Part shown: positions 1 to 8,813 of the stretch, piece by piece | How the letters are laid out: each line of letters begins with the position of its first letter | Position numbering within the stretch: the stretch's first letter is position 1 | NCBI GenBank assembly: GCA_000146465.1 | Contig: CP001949.1 | Length of the DNA stretch: 64,000 nucleotides | Strand: one strand, 5' to 3' | The notes under the pieces: model-generated | Told to the model about the DNA's origin: nothing | What the model saw: only the letters and a program-made list of their open reading frames with translations | Database searches by the model: none | Translations under genes and position numbers: made by a program

Positions 1-1468
1 GAGACATGCATTCTTCGTATATTCCACTGGCATCTATCCCTCTTCTCTCTCCAAGCTCTGCATATAGAAGCCAGTGCTTATAATCAAACAGATCCTTTCC
101 TAACTCCTCAAAAGCCCTTTCCAGGCTTATTTGAGACAGGATTACATATTTTCTTATTGTCCTCATCTTTCCAGGAATCACAGAATAGCTGCTGTGGAAG
201 TCTCCTCCCATGTAATACATCTTCGATCTAGCAAGGATAAATGTTTTCTTCTCTCTCCCGTACTGTCTCATTCCGCTCCTTAGAATCTTCTCGGCCCTCC
301 GGAAATATCCAATCTCCTTGCTCCCCACAAACAGCTTCCACCACTCCTTGGCCTTCATCAAATCAACAAAATACCTACGAGGCTCCATCACAAAAAATCT
401 CTCAATGAACTCGGAGTCCAGAAAATACTCCTTTGCAACATTATAGCAGGAAATAAACGTCTCGTCGTCATGGAGCCCATGCTTGCTCATCGAGACAAAC
501 AGAGACCAGAGGTCAGAAGGAAGAGCTGACATCGGCTCAGGTCTCTCCCCTTGCAGGTAGAGGAGAAGGGTATCTTTGGAGAGGATGGGGGACGGAAGCT
601 CGACCCTCCGCTTTCCTCTTCGAAGAATCCGAAGAGTTCCTTCCAGTCCAAGTCTGAGAAGATCTTCAACCACCATCGAGTTGTCTCCATCTTCCACCAG
701 ACAGCTCAGAAGATGCTCCGAGTAGATTCCTTTGTCCCTAAGGACTCTGTACAGAGACTCCACAAGCCCATGGTTGGGTTTTGTGCCAATAAACAGATCT
801 ACAAGTCTCTCCTCATGAGTCTCAACCACACTTTCATATAGGAACATCTGTTTCTCCAAAATATCTTCCAGATTCTCGCTCATCATTTTTCGGAGACCAA
901 AACTCCTGGGATGTCTTGAGACCCCAGCCCTCAGGATCTTGATGTCTCTGTCTTTTCGAAACAGATCTTCATAAAAGCCTTCATCTCCGTCTACAACCTC
1001 CAATGCCTCGTCAAGCATGTCGGATGCATAGTATCTACTAATAATCTCTCTCCACAGTCTCTCGTCCTTGATGTCTCGGCCCTCGAGCAATATCTTTGAA
1101 CCCTCGTTTCTCCCAACAAGTCTACTGAGTCTGATTCTCGCATCCACATTCAAACGGTTCTTCTTCAATAAGTTCCTTAGGACGTGGGTCTTCCATTCGT
1201 TATTTTCCTGGTCCTGCTCTCCATCCATCTCCACTTCCTCTATTCCTTTCCAAGAAGGAATGTGTCTGGAAGTGGCTTCCTCTATATCCATCTTTCCAAG
1301 AGCCTCCACCTCCTCTCTGGAAAGTATCCTTTGCTTTGGATCCTTTATTTTCCTCTTTCTTTTTTCTTCTATTGCTGTGTAGATCTCGTCCTCCTCTCCG
1401 TCATATCTAGATGCAGTGTTCTGTTCAAACAGACTCCTTATGTCAAAGAGCTTTCTTCCTTTTCCCAT
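1..1468 (-). CDS. N-terminal ~489 aa of a larger HAT/TPR-repeat protein, possibly pre-mRNA splicing factor Prp6-like; the ORF runs off the window start
   Basis: My manual reverse-complement translation from the ATG at 1468 is open to position 1, with an in-frame TAA immediately upstream of the ATG. The ORF track lacks it because there is no stop inside the window. The N-terminal 'DGEEDEIYTAIEEKRKRK' resembles the Prp6 N-terminal domain, and later 'KHWLLYAELGE'-type half-TPR repeats are present. Confidence 0.45.
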   Translation of the reverse strand, partial: MGKGRKLFDIRSLFEQNTASRYDGEEDEIYTAIEEKRKRKIKDPKQRILSREEVEALGKMDIEEATSRHIPSWKGIEEVEMDGEQDQENNEWKTHVLRNLLKKNRLNVDARIRLSRLVGRNEGSKILLEGRDIKDERLWREIISRYYASDMLDEALEVVDGDEGFYEDLFRKDRDIKILRAGVSRHPRSFGLRKMMSENLEDILEKQMFLYESVVETHEERLVDLFIGTKPNHGLVESLYRVLRDKGIYSEHLLSCLVEDGDNSMVVEDLLRLGLEGTLRILRRGKRRVELPSPILSKDTLLLYLQGERPEPMSALPSDLWSLFVSMSKHGLHDDETFISCYNVAKEYFLDSEFIERFFVMEPRRYFVDLMKAKEWWKLFVGSKEIGYFRRAEKILRSGMRQYGREKKTFILARSKMYYMGGDFHSSYSVIPGKMRTIRKYVILSQISLERAFEELGKDLFDYKHWLLYAELGERRGIDASGIYEECMS

Positions 1469-1525
1469 AGGCACAGCACAAAGAACACAAAAATAAATCC
1501 GATGTGGGGCATTAAAACTTTAGAG

Positions 1526-3325
1526 ATGGGCGAGGAGAAAGACACAAAGAAGAAGAGGGTTTCGTTTGCACCTGAGCCTCAGGTGATGTATATATATCCT
1601 GAAGAGGAGAACAAAAGCAACAAGGCTGTAGACTCTGGAATGATGAGCGAGGATGAGATATCTGTGGAGCTGACGGTAGATCATCTTCGAGGGAGGAAGA
1701 CAGAAGACGGAGGAGATGGAGAATTTTTGAATGCAGAGCTGAAGGATTTGATGGAGGATAGTGAGGTTGGGTATGGAGCCATGGGTGACAACAGTGGAAA
1801 AGAAGATGAGGTGGAAAAAGAGAAGTGCAAGGAGAACTATGGGGTGGAGGAAGGAGAGATTAAAGAAGTCAAGGATGATGAAGAGTGTAAGGAAGGAGGG
1901 GCTGAGAACAGCGAGACAGGGTGGAGAGAAGGGCCCTGTAGGAATGAACAGGAGGAATTTGAAGATACTCTGATGAGCAATGAGACAGTGAATGTAGAAG
2001 AGATCATCAACACCCAAGATCTTCGGAAGATAATTCCACAAGTGAGGAAAGAGATGGTGAATGTTTCTGAGCTACTGGTTTCCAAAGGAATCAGATTTCT
2101 GGACAGTCTTGTTGTGTCGAATACAAGAAGGGATACAATGTCGAAGTCGCGGAACGAGGTACATCCTCGGCAGGAAAGGTTCTACGAGAGTTTCCTGGAG
2201 CCTCGGACACGGTTCTTCTTGGAGTTCAGTTCTGATCTTGAGGATAGGATGTTGCGGCAGGAGAAGGTGAACGAGGAGCTGGAAAGAGAATTCAGGATTG
2301 CAGGGACTGTTTTTGAGAGCCCGGATGCCTCAAGCCTTCTGAGAGCTTTGAAGACGGAATGCCGGATGAAGTCTAAGATTGAGTGGTATGAGCTTCGTAA
2401 AGAGAAGGAAGTTGAGTTCAATAGAGAGGTAACTGATAGAAGGAATCGGCTTGCTGAAGAGTATAATCATCTTGGAGGATGTCTGAAGGAAACCTCTGAG
2501 AAGGTTGAAGAGAGTAAAAGAAGGAATGAAGAGATGGAGGAGCAGATACGCAGAATAAAGAATAGGCTTGGGATGGATGGGGATGGGAGGCACCAGAAGA
2601 TCTCTGAGCTGAGAGCATTGATGAGTAAGCAGGAGGGAACGATTGAGAGTGGAAGGAAGGAAGTGAAGAGACTTGAGGAAGAGAGAACAAGGAAGCAAGC
2701 CGAGAGACGTGTGCTGAAAGAAGCATTGGAGAAGATGGAGATGGAAATTAGAGACCTTGAGGAAGTGTTAAAAACCCAAAACATAACCGAGGGTGATGTG
2801 AAGGAAATAAGACAGGAGTTCCGGACATTGTGTGCAGCCTTTGGAATGGAACTAATGAAAGTAGATACAAGCGAGGTTAGGCTCCGAATACTGGAATACA
2901 ACCTCAAGATAAATCTAGGGGCTGGCTTCGTGATTGAATCGATTGAAGCCACTCCTCTGTGCGATAGAAAAGACCTGGGGCATCTCTACCACCACTTCGG
3001 AAAATACTTTGAAGGAAAGGGATGCAGCTTCTTCAAGGGAATTAGAGACGCCATGTTTATGTCGGCGATGGTGTCAGGGCTATGTAAAGAGTTGTCTGGA
3101 ATTAAGAAAAGACACTCTGTAGAATGCAGCGGGGAAGACAACGAAGCCATTGTTAGGATCTTAGCATTGGATGTGGAAAAGTGCACCAAGCATGAGATTT
3201 CCATCAAGATAAAAAATGGATTTGAATGCTTGATCCAATGGAAAGACAGAAGCCAGATGTGGGATCTTAAGAAGGATGTAGGTATAATATCCAGATCGGT
3301 CGAAGAAGCACTTGCAAATCGCTGA
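1526..3325 (+). CDS. Acidic coiled-coil protein with an N-terminal RVxF (KKKRVSFAPE) PP1-docking motif; candidate KNL1/Spc105-like kinetochore scaffold or another PP1 regulatory subunit
   Basis: ORF 1184..3325 trimmed to the first plausible ATG at 1526 (MGEEKDTKKKRVSFAPEP...). The protein has an acidic, low-complexity N-terminal half, a long heptad-rich E/K/R coiled coil in the middle and a C-terminal globular region. Confidence 0.4.
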   Translation: MGEEKDTKKKRVSFAPEPQVMYIYPEEENKSNKAVDSGMMSEDEISVELTVDHLRGRKTEDGGDGEFLNAELKDLMEDSEVGYGAMGDNSGKEDEVEKEKCKENYGVEEGEIKEVKDDEECKEGGAENSETGWREGPCRNEQEEFEDTLMSNETVNVEEIINTQDLRKIIPQVRKEMVNVSELLVSKGIRFLDSLVVSNTRRDTMSKSRNEVHPRQERFYESFLEPRTRFFLEFSSDLEDRMLRQEKVNEELEREFRIAGTVFESPDASSLLRALKTECRMKSKIEWYELRKEKEVEFNREVTDRRNRLAEEYNHLGGCLKETSEKVEESKRRNEEMEEQIRRIKNRLGMDGDGRHQKISELRALMSKQEGTIESGRKEVKRLEEERTRKQAERRVLKEALEKMEMEIRDLEEVLKTQNITEGDVKEIRQEFRTLCAAFGMELMKVDTSEVRLRILEYNLKINLGAGFVIESIEATPLCDRKDLGHLYHHFGKYFEGKGCSFFKGIRDAMFMSAMVSGLCKELSGIKKRHSVECSGEDNEAIVRILALDVEKCTKHEISIKIKNGFECLIQWKDRSQMWDLKKDVGIISRSVEEALANR

Positions 3326-3410
3326 CGGCCATTGGAGTCTTTGATAAATTGTTAATCCCGGGACAGGAGTCCGAGTAATAAACAATTAGTTTATTGATAG
3401 ATCACATTTG

Positions 3411-3773
3411 TTATAATTTGTCCTTCTCTTCTTCGGAGTCCTGGGGCTTTGAATTCCCCGGGAGTGCATAGTACTCTTGCAGAGACCGGTTGAAGTCTTC
3501 AAGACATCTTATCAGTACGTCTTCCTCCATGTTCTCAACCTGCATTCCCTCGTACAAAGAAACAGCCTTTTCATAAACAAGTCTCTGATGCTGGATGGAC
3601 TTGGATAGAAGCTCCAGGTCCTCCTTAGGACATGTCTCCGAGATATCCCCAACAACCCTGTCTAAGATGGTTCTAAGAACAGACAAGCTTTCGAGATGCT
3701 CTCCTTTTCTTATGGCTTTCTCTAGCTTTAAGTAGTTCTCCCTGTCCATAGGAAGGGCCACGAATCTAAACAT
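3411..3773 (-). CDS. Hypothetical protein (120 aa)
   Basis: Clean ORF in a tight intergenic context; no recognisable motif. Confidence 0.4.
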   Translation of the reverse strand: MFRFVALPMDRENYLKLEKAIRKGEHLESLSVLRTILDRVVGDISETCPKEDLELLSKSIQHQRLVYEKAVSLYEGMQVENMEEDVLIRCLEDFNRSLQEYYALPGNSKPQDSEEEKDKL

Positions 3774-3911
3774 TTGATTCCAGGAAGCCTAGATTAAGAA
3801 TTAGATTTTGAAAGCTCCCAGAAATATCTTAATATATAGTCCAGTGATATAATTCTCAATTGATATCTATTTAATTAAAGGATAAAAAGCCAGAGCATCC
3901 AAACTCTCTTA

Positions 3912-4876
3912 ATGGAGAAGAATCAGGCCGAGCCAGAAAAGAACATAAGTTACACAAAACTTGCATTTTTCTTTTTCGTAATAAGAACAGTAGTAATAGG
4001 TCTGGCCTTACTATCGGGACCATACTTTGCACTAGATGACGAAACAACAACATTCAAGATGTTTATAATTTTCTTGGACATAACAAACATATTACAGTTT
4101 ATATTTCAATGGGACATAATTCAGCGTAAGATTCTATTTCAATATCTTCTATATATTCCTGTCCTTGCTTACTCTCTGACTCTTACAATCACGTTAATAG
4201 TTGATGCACACAATACTAACAGTTGTAACTTCAAAGTAGAAGGTAAAATTAAGAAATTAGCTATTGGATATATCTATACATATATGGGAATTCTTCTTGG
4301 GGAAGTTGCTCTCCTTCCAATCATATACAGAAGACTCAAGAGTGACTTTATGTGGGCAAACTTCAAAAAGCTAGGAGCTAACACAGCTATTAATGGTAAG
4401 TGGAGATAAGTAATTTTAGATGCCTTCGGGAGGAGAGAACAGTTTAGTGCAATAAGAAGATTTATGTTGATTTTTCTGTGTGGAGAAGTTGCAAGTTTCA
4501 ATATAAGCATAAGAGATAACAAAGATGTCTTCTTTTTTGTAGCAGGGACACAGATATTTGTGATTTTCCTTTCTTTTATATTTTTCAACGAAGAATATGT
4601 ACATCAGAGAAGGTTTCTTCTGGGATTTTCCGGACTGTGTACATTAGGAGGAATAGCATACACTGTGATTTATATTGTTATGGCTAGTAGGAGTAGCGAA
4701 ATAAGAAAGTAAGTGAAGATGTTAATTTTAGAGGAGTTATTTCCGAAATTGTATTCTATACAATTACAATGCTTATTTTCTTTGTTGGAGCCTTTAGGGA
4801 TTATCAGACATTTGGGAAGGGACTAAAAGATTATTATAGTGGAAGTCTTGGAATAAGAAAAAAACTCACACCTTAG
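3912..4876 (+). CDS. Three-exon multi-pass membrane protein, ~305 aa after splicing; exons 3912..4395, 4420..4708 and 4732..4876
   Basis: ORFs 3912..4409 and 4464..4712 each end at a TAA embedded in GTAAGT. Removing introns 4396..4419 and 4709..4731 joins both in frame to a third exon that stops at TAG 4874..4876. All three exons encode hydrophobic helices. Confidence 0.55.
4396..4419 (+). other. Spliceosomal intron 1 (24 nt) gtaagtggagataagtaattttag
   Basis: Canonical GTAAGT 5' splice site and TAATTTTAG 3' end. Removing it restores the reading frame across the two ORFs. Confidence 0.55.
4709..4731 (+). other. Spliceosomal intron 2 (23 nt) gtaagtgaagatgttaattttag
   Basis: Same GTAAGTG...TAATTTTAG architecture. 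The apparent stop TAA at 4710..4712 lies inside it, and the downstream exon stays open for 47 codons with a transmembrane-like segment. Confidence 0.45.
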
Positions 4877-4894
4877 GCAGAGCAGAATACTTTT

Positions 4895-5298
4895 CCACGA
4901 GACAATAAAAACCAAAGACTTTATTTCTCTTGGGGACTCCCCGCATACACCGTCATCCGGCTGTTCCCCAACACCTTCTCAATCACCCCCTCAGACGCTA
5001 GGTGCCGCAACACATTCTCCGCAACCCCGAGGTTCAGATTGTACTTGCTCCCAACACCATACCGCGTCACAACACTCGCTCGGCACACATCCTTGCGCAC
5101 CTTCGACAGGAGCTCCTCGGTCACCGTCACTCCCCTGCGCACTTCCTCCTTCTTCTTTCCGTCGCTCCACTTCTTCTTGTCCTTCCTTGTTCCAGACATG
5201 GCCTTGAGTGCCTTCTTCTCCTTCGACTCCTGGATCTTCTTGGCCATTTGTGGGAGTCCAATTTTCCCACTTCAAATCCCATCCCAGAAACTCCCAAA
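4895..5298. repeat. Left arm of a ~404-bp inverted repeat carrying a complete RPS25 gene; the right arm is at 6723..7127
   Basis: The reverse complement of 4895..5298 matches 6723..7127 at both boundaries. The encoded 108-aa RPS25 ORFs and the antisense shadow ORFs are identical in both arms. Confidence 0.8.
4921..5247 (-). CDS. RPS25: 40S ribosomal protein S25 (eS25), copy A
   Basis: 108 aa MAKKIQESKEKKALKAMSG...VTRYGVGSKYNLNLG..., the typical eS25 lysine-rich N-terminus and conserved core. Confidence 0.85.
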   Translation of the reverse strand: MAKKIQESKEKKALKAMSGTRKDKKKWSDGKKKEEVRRGVTVTEELLSKVRKDVCRASVVTRYGVGSKYNLNLGVAENVLRHLASEGVIEKVLGNSRMTVYAGSPQEK

Positions 5299-5365
5299 GA
5301 AGCCCATAGCCTCCGAATGCCAGGAGTGGATTTCTGGATTGGAAAAATTTGCCCTCAATCTAAAG

Positions 5366-5812
5366 ATGGCAAAGATGCATTCTAGCGGAAGAGGACGCTC
5401 GGGGAGCGTTAAGCCGTATGCAACAGTGTTTCCAACATGGCTGACAAAGACGGCTGATGAAATTAAGGCCGATGTTATCCAGATGGGAAACAAGGGGATT
5501 CCTGCACCTGATATAGGGAAAAAGCTAAGAGACGAATATGGAGTCGGAAATGCCAAGGACGTCCTGGGGTGTGAAATCACAAAGTTCCTTGAAGAGAATG
5601 GGGCATCTCCAAAGATCCCATTTGATCTTGAGTCTCTGGTTCGCCGAGCGAACACCCTCCGAAGTCACTTGAACATCTATAGGAAAGACAACTCTGCAAA
5701 ATACAGACTTATCCTTGTTTCATCCCGGATGTATCGTGTTGCAAGGTACTACAAGCGCAAGATGAGGATTCCAGGGAACTGGAAGCCAAAGCTTGTTGAG
5801 CTCATTAAATGA
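5366..5812 (+). CDS. RPS13: 40S ribosomal protein S13 (uS15)
   Basis: MAKMHSSGRGRSGSVKPY...RLILVSSRMYRVARYYKRKMRIPGNWK is a hallmark S13 sequence. ORF 5039..5812 is trimmed to the internal ATG at 5366, which sits behind a ggaaaaatttgccc upstream motif. Confidence 0.85.
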   Translation: MAKMHSSGRGRSGSVKPYATVFPTWLTKTADEIKADVIQMGNKGIPAPDIGKKLRDEYGVGNAKDVLGCEITKFLEENGASPKIPFDLESLVRRANTLRSHLNIYRKDNSAKYRLILVSSRMYRVARYYKRKMRIPGNWKPKLVELIK

Positions 5813-5930
5813 TCTTCTTGAAGTCTCGAACTGGCTGTTTCAAGGCCACCTCTGTGTGTTTTTGACGTCTTTCCAACAGGCGATTTTATTTGCGAAGAGA
5901 GGTATATTTTGTGAAAAACAAACCCCGTGA

Positions 5931-6626
5931 ATGTATGAGGAGCTCTTGAACTTTCTGCTGGCGAGGAAGAAGAGGCTGCTGTCTGAGGAAGAGGCCGATA
6001 GACTTATGGAGCTTATTACCCAGTCGATGGAAGCCAGAGAGGGCCGGGAAGGGAAAGAGGACAATACAGCATTGATAAGGAAGATCCTCGAAAATGTGGA
6101 TATGGACCAAGCTTACGAAACAGACACTGAGAGCATGGAAAATGCTATGGAAGATTTGCTTTTTGATGGCTACAGCAGCGAAATTTACAGCAACGATACT
6201 ATAGACTTGAGCGAGTCTGACAACGACACAGAGCCTCTGTCTGAGCGGAAGTTCCAGAGAGGAGAGTTTAGAGCTGGAGTGAAGGCTTCTGAGAATGAAG
6301 AGGAGCCGAAGAGGAGGATTGGGCTCAAAGACAAAGCAAAAGAAGGGGAATGGAAGGATCTGTCGGGAGGGAAGGATAACGATCTCCAACCACCAAAGGA
6401 TAGCACAGGAGTTCTGTCGGAGGATGGGGAAGGCCCCAAGAGAAGGGAATTCAAGCTCCCTGGATTTAGTAAGGAGAAGAAGGAGAGATCATTTGAGATG
6501 AGGGATGGCGGGGACTTTAACTTGCCAGGGTCTGTGGAATTTGAGTTTGATCTCGGAGAACTAAAGAAGGTGAATAATACCGGGCCGAATGTGAAGTTTT
6601 TCGACGAGGATGGAGAAGAGATCTGA
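5931..6626 (+). CDS. Hypothetical acidic, low-complexity protein (231 aa)
   Basis: ORF with D/E/S-rich composition lying between RPS13 and the right repeat arm. Confidence 0.4.
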   Translation: MYEELLNFLLARKKRLLSEEEADRLMELITQSMEAREGREGKEDNTALIRKILENVDMDQAYETDTESMENAMEDLLFDGYSSEIYSNDTIDLSESDNDTEPLSERKFQRGEFRAGVKASENEEEPKRRIGLKDKAKEGEWKDLSGGKDNDLQPPKDSTGVLSEDGEGPKRREFKLPGFSKEKKERSFEMRDGGDFNLPGSVEFEFDLGELKKVNNTGPNVKFFDEDGEEI

Positions 6627-6722
6627 AAGTCTTTGGTTTTGAATGTAGAGTAATAGTGACTGTTTTATGGATGAATTATCTTTATTAAAGTAGCAAGTTC
6701 TCTCAATGATTGTGTTTTTTCT

Positions 6723-7127
6723 TTTGGGAGTTTCTGGGATGGGATTTGAAGTGGGAAAATTGGACTCCCACAAATGGCCAAGAAGATCCAGGAGTCGAAG
6801 GAGAAGAAGGCACTCAAGGCCATGTCTGGAACAAGGAAGGACAAGAAGAAGTGGAGCGACGGAAAGAAGAAGGAGGAAGTGCGCAGGGGAGTGACGGTGA
6901 CCGAGGAGCTCCTGTCGAAGGTGCGCAAGGATGTGTGCCGAGCGAGTGTTGTGACGCGGTATGGTGTTGGGAGCAAGTACAATCTGAACCTCGGGGTTGC
7001 GGAGAATGTGTTGCGGCACCTAGCGTCTGAGGGGGTGATTGAGAAGGTGTTGGGGAACAGCCGGATGACGGTGTATGCGGGGAGTCCCCAAGAGAAATAA
7101 AGTCTTTGGTTTTTATTGTCTCGTGGC
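6723..7127. repeat. Right arm of the inverted repeat; identical RPS25 copy
   Basis: See the left arm; boundaries determined by base-level comparison. Confidence 0.8.
6774..7100 (+). CDS. RPS25: 40S ribosomal protein S25 (eS25), copy B
   Basis: Identical 108-aa protein to copy A, on the opposite strand. Confidence 0.85.
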   Translation: MAKKIQESKEKKALKAMSGTRKDKKKWSDGKKKEEVRRGVTVTEELLSKVRKDVCRASVVTRYGVGSKYNLNLGVAENVLRHLASEGVIEKVLGNSRMTVYAGSPQEK

Positions 7128-7192
7128 AGCATTGGAACTTTTCTGTTGAGTGGCTGTTATCTTAAAATATCGCATTAAAAATTTACCCCACA

Positions 7193-8674
7193 ATGACATA
7201 CAGAGGGTATAGTGGAGATAGAAGAGGGTTTCGGACGTCGCCCAGATTTGACAGAGGGGGCAGATATCCTCCTCGGGAAAGACGTGAGGGACAGAGATAC
7301 GATCCTCTTCCAGAGCTTCCTCCTGTGGAGTTTCAGAAGAACTTCTACAAGGAGGCGGAGTCTATCAGTAGAATGAGTTCGCGCGATGTCGATTCGTTCA
7401 GGAAGACAAACGAGATGACGGTCAAGGGGATGGATATTCCACATCCGATCAGCCGGTTTGAGGAGGCAGGGTTTCCCTCTAGGATTGTGGAGGAGCTTGA
7501 AGGAAAGGGATTCAGTGGGCCCACGCCTATCCAAGCACAAGGATGGCCGATGGCATTAAGCGGAAGGGATATGGTAGGGATTGCACAGACTGGATCTGGA
7601 AAGACACTGAGTTTTATTCTTCCTGGGCTTGTGCATGCAAAGGATCAGCAGCCTCTGCGAAGAGGGGACGGGCCTATTGCGCTTGTGCTTGCGCCGACTC
7701 GGGAGCTTGTGATGCAAATCAAGAAAGTTGCCGACGAGTTCTGTGGGATGTTTGGACTAAGGAGTACAGCGGTTTATGGAGGAGCTTCATCGCAGCCACA
7801 AATAAAGGCTTTGCATGAGGGGGTAGAAATAGTTATTGCAACTCCTGGAAGGTTGATTGACCTGCATGAGCAAGGGCATGCACCGCTTAGCAGAGTGACA
7901 TTCCTTGTTCTTGACGAGGCCGACAGGATGCTTGACATGGGGTTTGAGCCGCAGCTCCGAAAGATTATTCCAAAGACAAATGGAAACAGACAGACATTAA
8001 TGTGGAGTGCAACATGGCCGAGAGAGGTGCGAGGACTGGCAGAAAGCTACATGAATGATTACATTCAAGTGGTTGTTGGAAATGAAGAGCTTAAGACAAA
8101 CAGCAAGATCAAGCAAGTGATTGAAGTCTGTAGTGGACGTGAGAAGGAGGACAAGCTGCTTGGAGTTCTTGACAAATTCAAGGGAGACAAGGTCATTGTG
8201 TTCTGCAACATGAAAAGAACATGCGACGATTTGGAGTATGTTCTGAATAGATCTGGGTATGGGGCTGCAGCATTGCATGGAGACAAATCGCAGAACATTC
8301 GAGATAAAGTTCTTGATGACTTCCGATCAGGGAGGAGGCCGATTCTAATTGCCACAGAGGTTGCAGGAAGAGGACTTGATGTAAATGACGTCAAGCTTGT
8401 GATCAACTTCGACTTCCCAGGGACATGCGAGGACTATGTGCATCGAATTGGAAGGACGGCAAGAGGCAACACAAAGGAGGGGATATCGCATACATTCTTT
8501 ACAATCAACGACAAAGGAAATGCACGGGAGCTGATCCGGATGCTAAGAGAAGCCAATCAGACGGTTCCTTCTGATCTCGAGGACATGGTGAGAGTGTCGA
8601 ACGATAGATATGGATCCAGGGGTGTCAAACACGACTACAGAGGAAGACCTGGGAGATTTCCTTATCGAGGATGA
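7193..8674 (+). CDS. DBP2: DEAD-box ATP-dependent RNA helicase, Dbp2/p68 type
   Basis: Q-motif (GFSGPTPIQAQ), AQTGSGKT, PTRELV, DEAD (LVLDEADRM), SAT, HRIGRTAR, and an RGG-like N-terminus. Confidence 0.9.
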   Translation: MTYRGYSGDRRGFRTSPRFDRGGRYPPRERREGQRYDPLPELPPVEFQKNFYKEAESISRMSSRDVDSFRKTNEMTVKGMDIPHPISRFEEAGFPSRIVEELEGKGFSGPTPIQAQGWPMALSGRDMVGIAQTGSGKTLSFILPGLVHAKDQQPLRRGDGPIALVLAPTRELVMQIKKVADEFCGMFGLRSTAVYGGASSQPQIKALHEGVEIVIATPGRLIDLHEQGHAPLSRVTFLVLDEADRMLDMGFEPQLRKIIPKTNGNRQTLMWSATWPREVRGLAESYMNDYIQVVVGNEELKTNSKIKQVIEVCSGREKEDKLLGVLDKFKGDKVIVFCNMKRTCDDLEYVLNRSGYGAAALHGDKSQNIRDKVLDDFRSGRRPILIATEVAGRGLDVNDVKLVINFDFPGTCEDYVHRIGRTARGNTKEGISHTFFTINDKGNARELIRMLREANQTVPSDLEDMVRVSNDRYGSRGVKHDYRGRPGRFPYRG

Positions 8675-8813
8675 TCTCCAGATTGGACAACTCAAAAACA
8701 AAAGATACTGAATGAACCAGGGGATCCTTGGCTCTCGGAAGTTACCTTCTACTTTGGAGAGAAGCCAGATAAAATTCATCAAATAAAATTTTGTTTAATA
8801 TAATCTTCAGGGC

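Noticed and set aside
1184-1525. Hydrophobic 114-aa N-terminal extension of ORF 1184..3325
   Set aside because: It overlaps the divergent upstream gene on the other strand and reads as junk. The first convincing start is ATG 1526.
5039-5365. Long N-terminal extension of the RPS13 ORF, with a TTG start at 5039
   Set aside because: The extension is antisense to RPS25 copy A (open by chance in GC-rich coding DNA) and has no S13 similarity. The Met at 5366 with its upstream AAAATTT...CCC motif gives a normal 149-aa S13.
5002-5385. Pair of ORFs 5002..5385 (+) and 6561..7019 (-) with an identical MPQHILRNPEV... product, plus 4991..5275 and 6710..7030
   Set aside because: They are antisense shadow ORFs of the two RPS25 copies. 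Their duplication simply reflects the inverted repeat.
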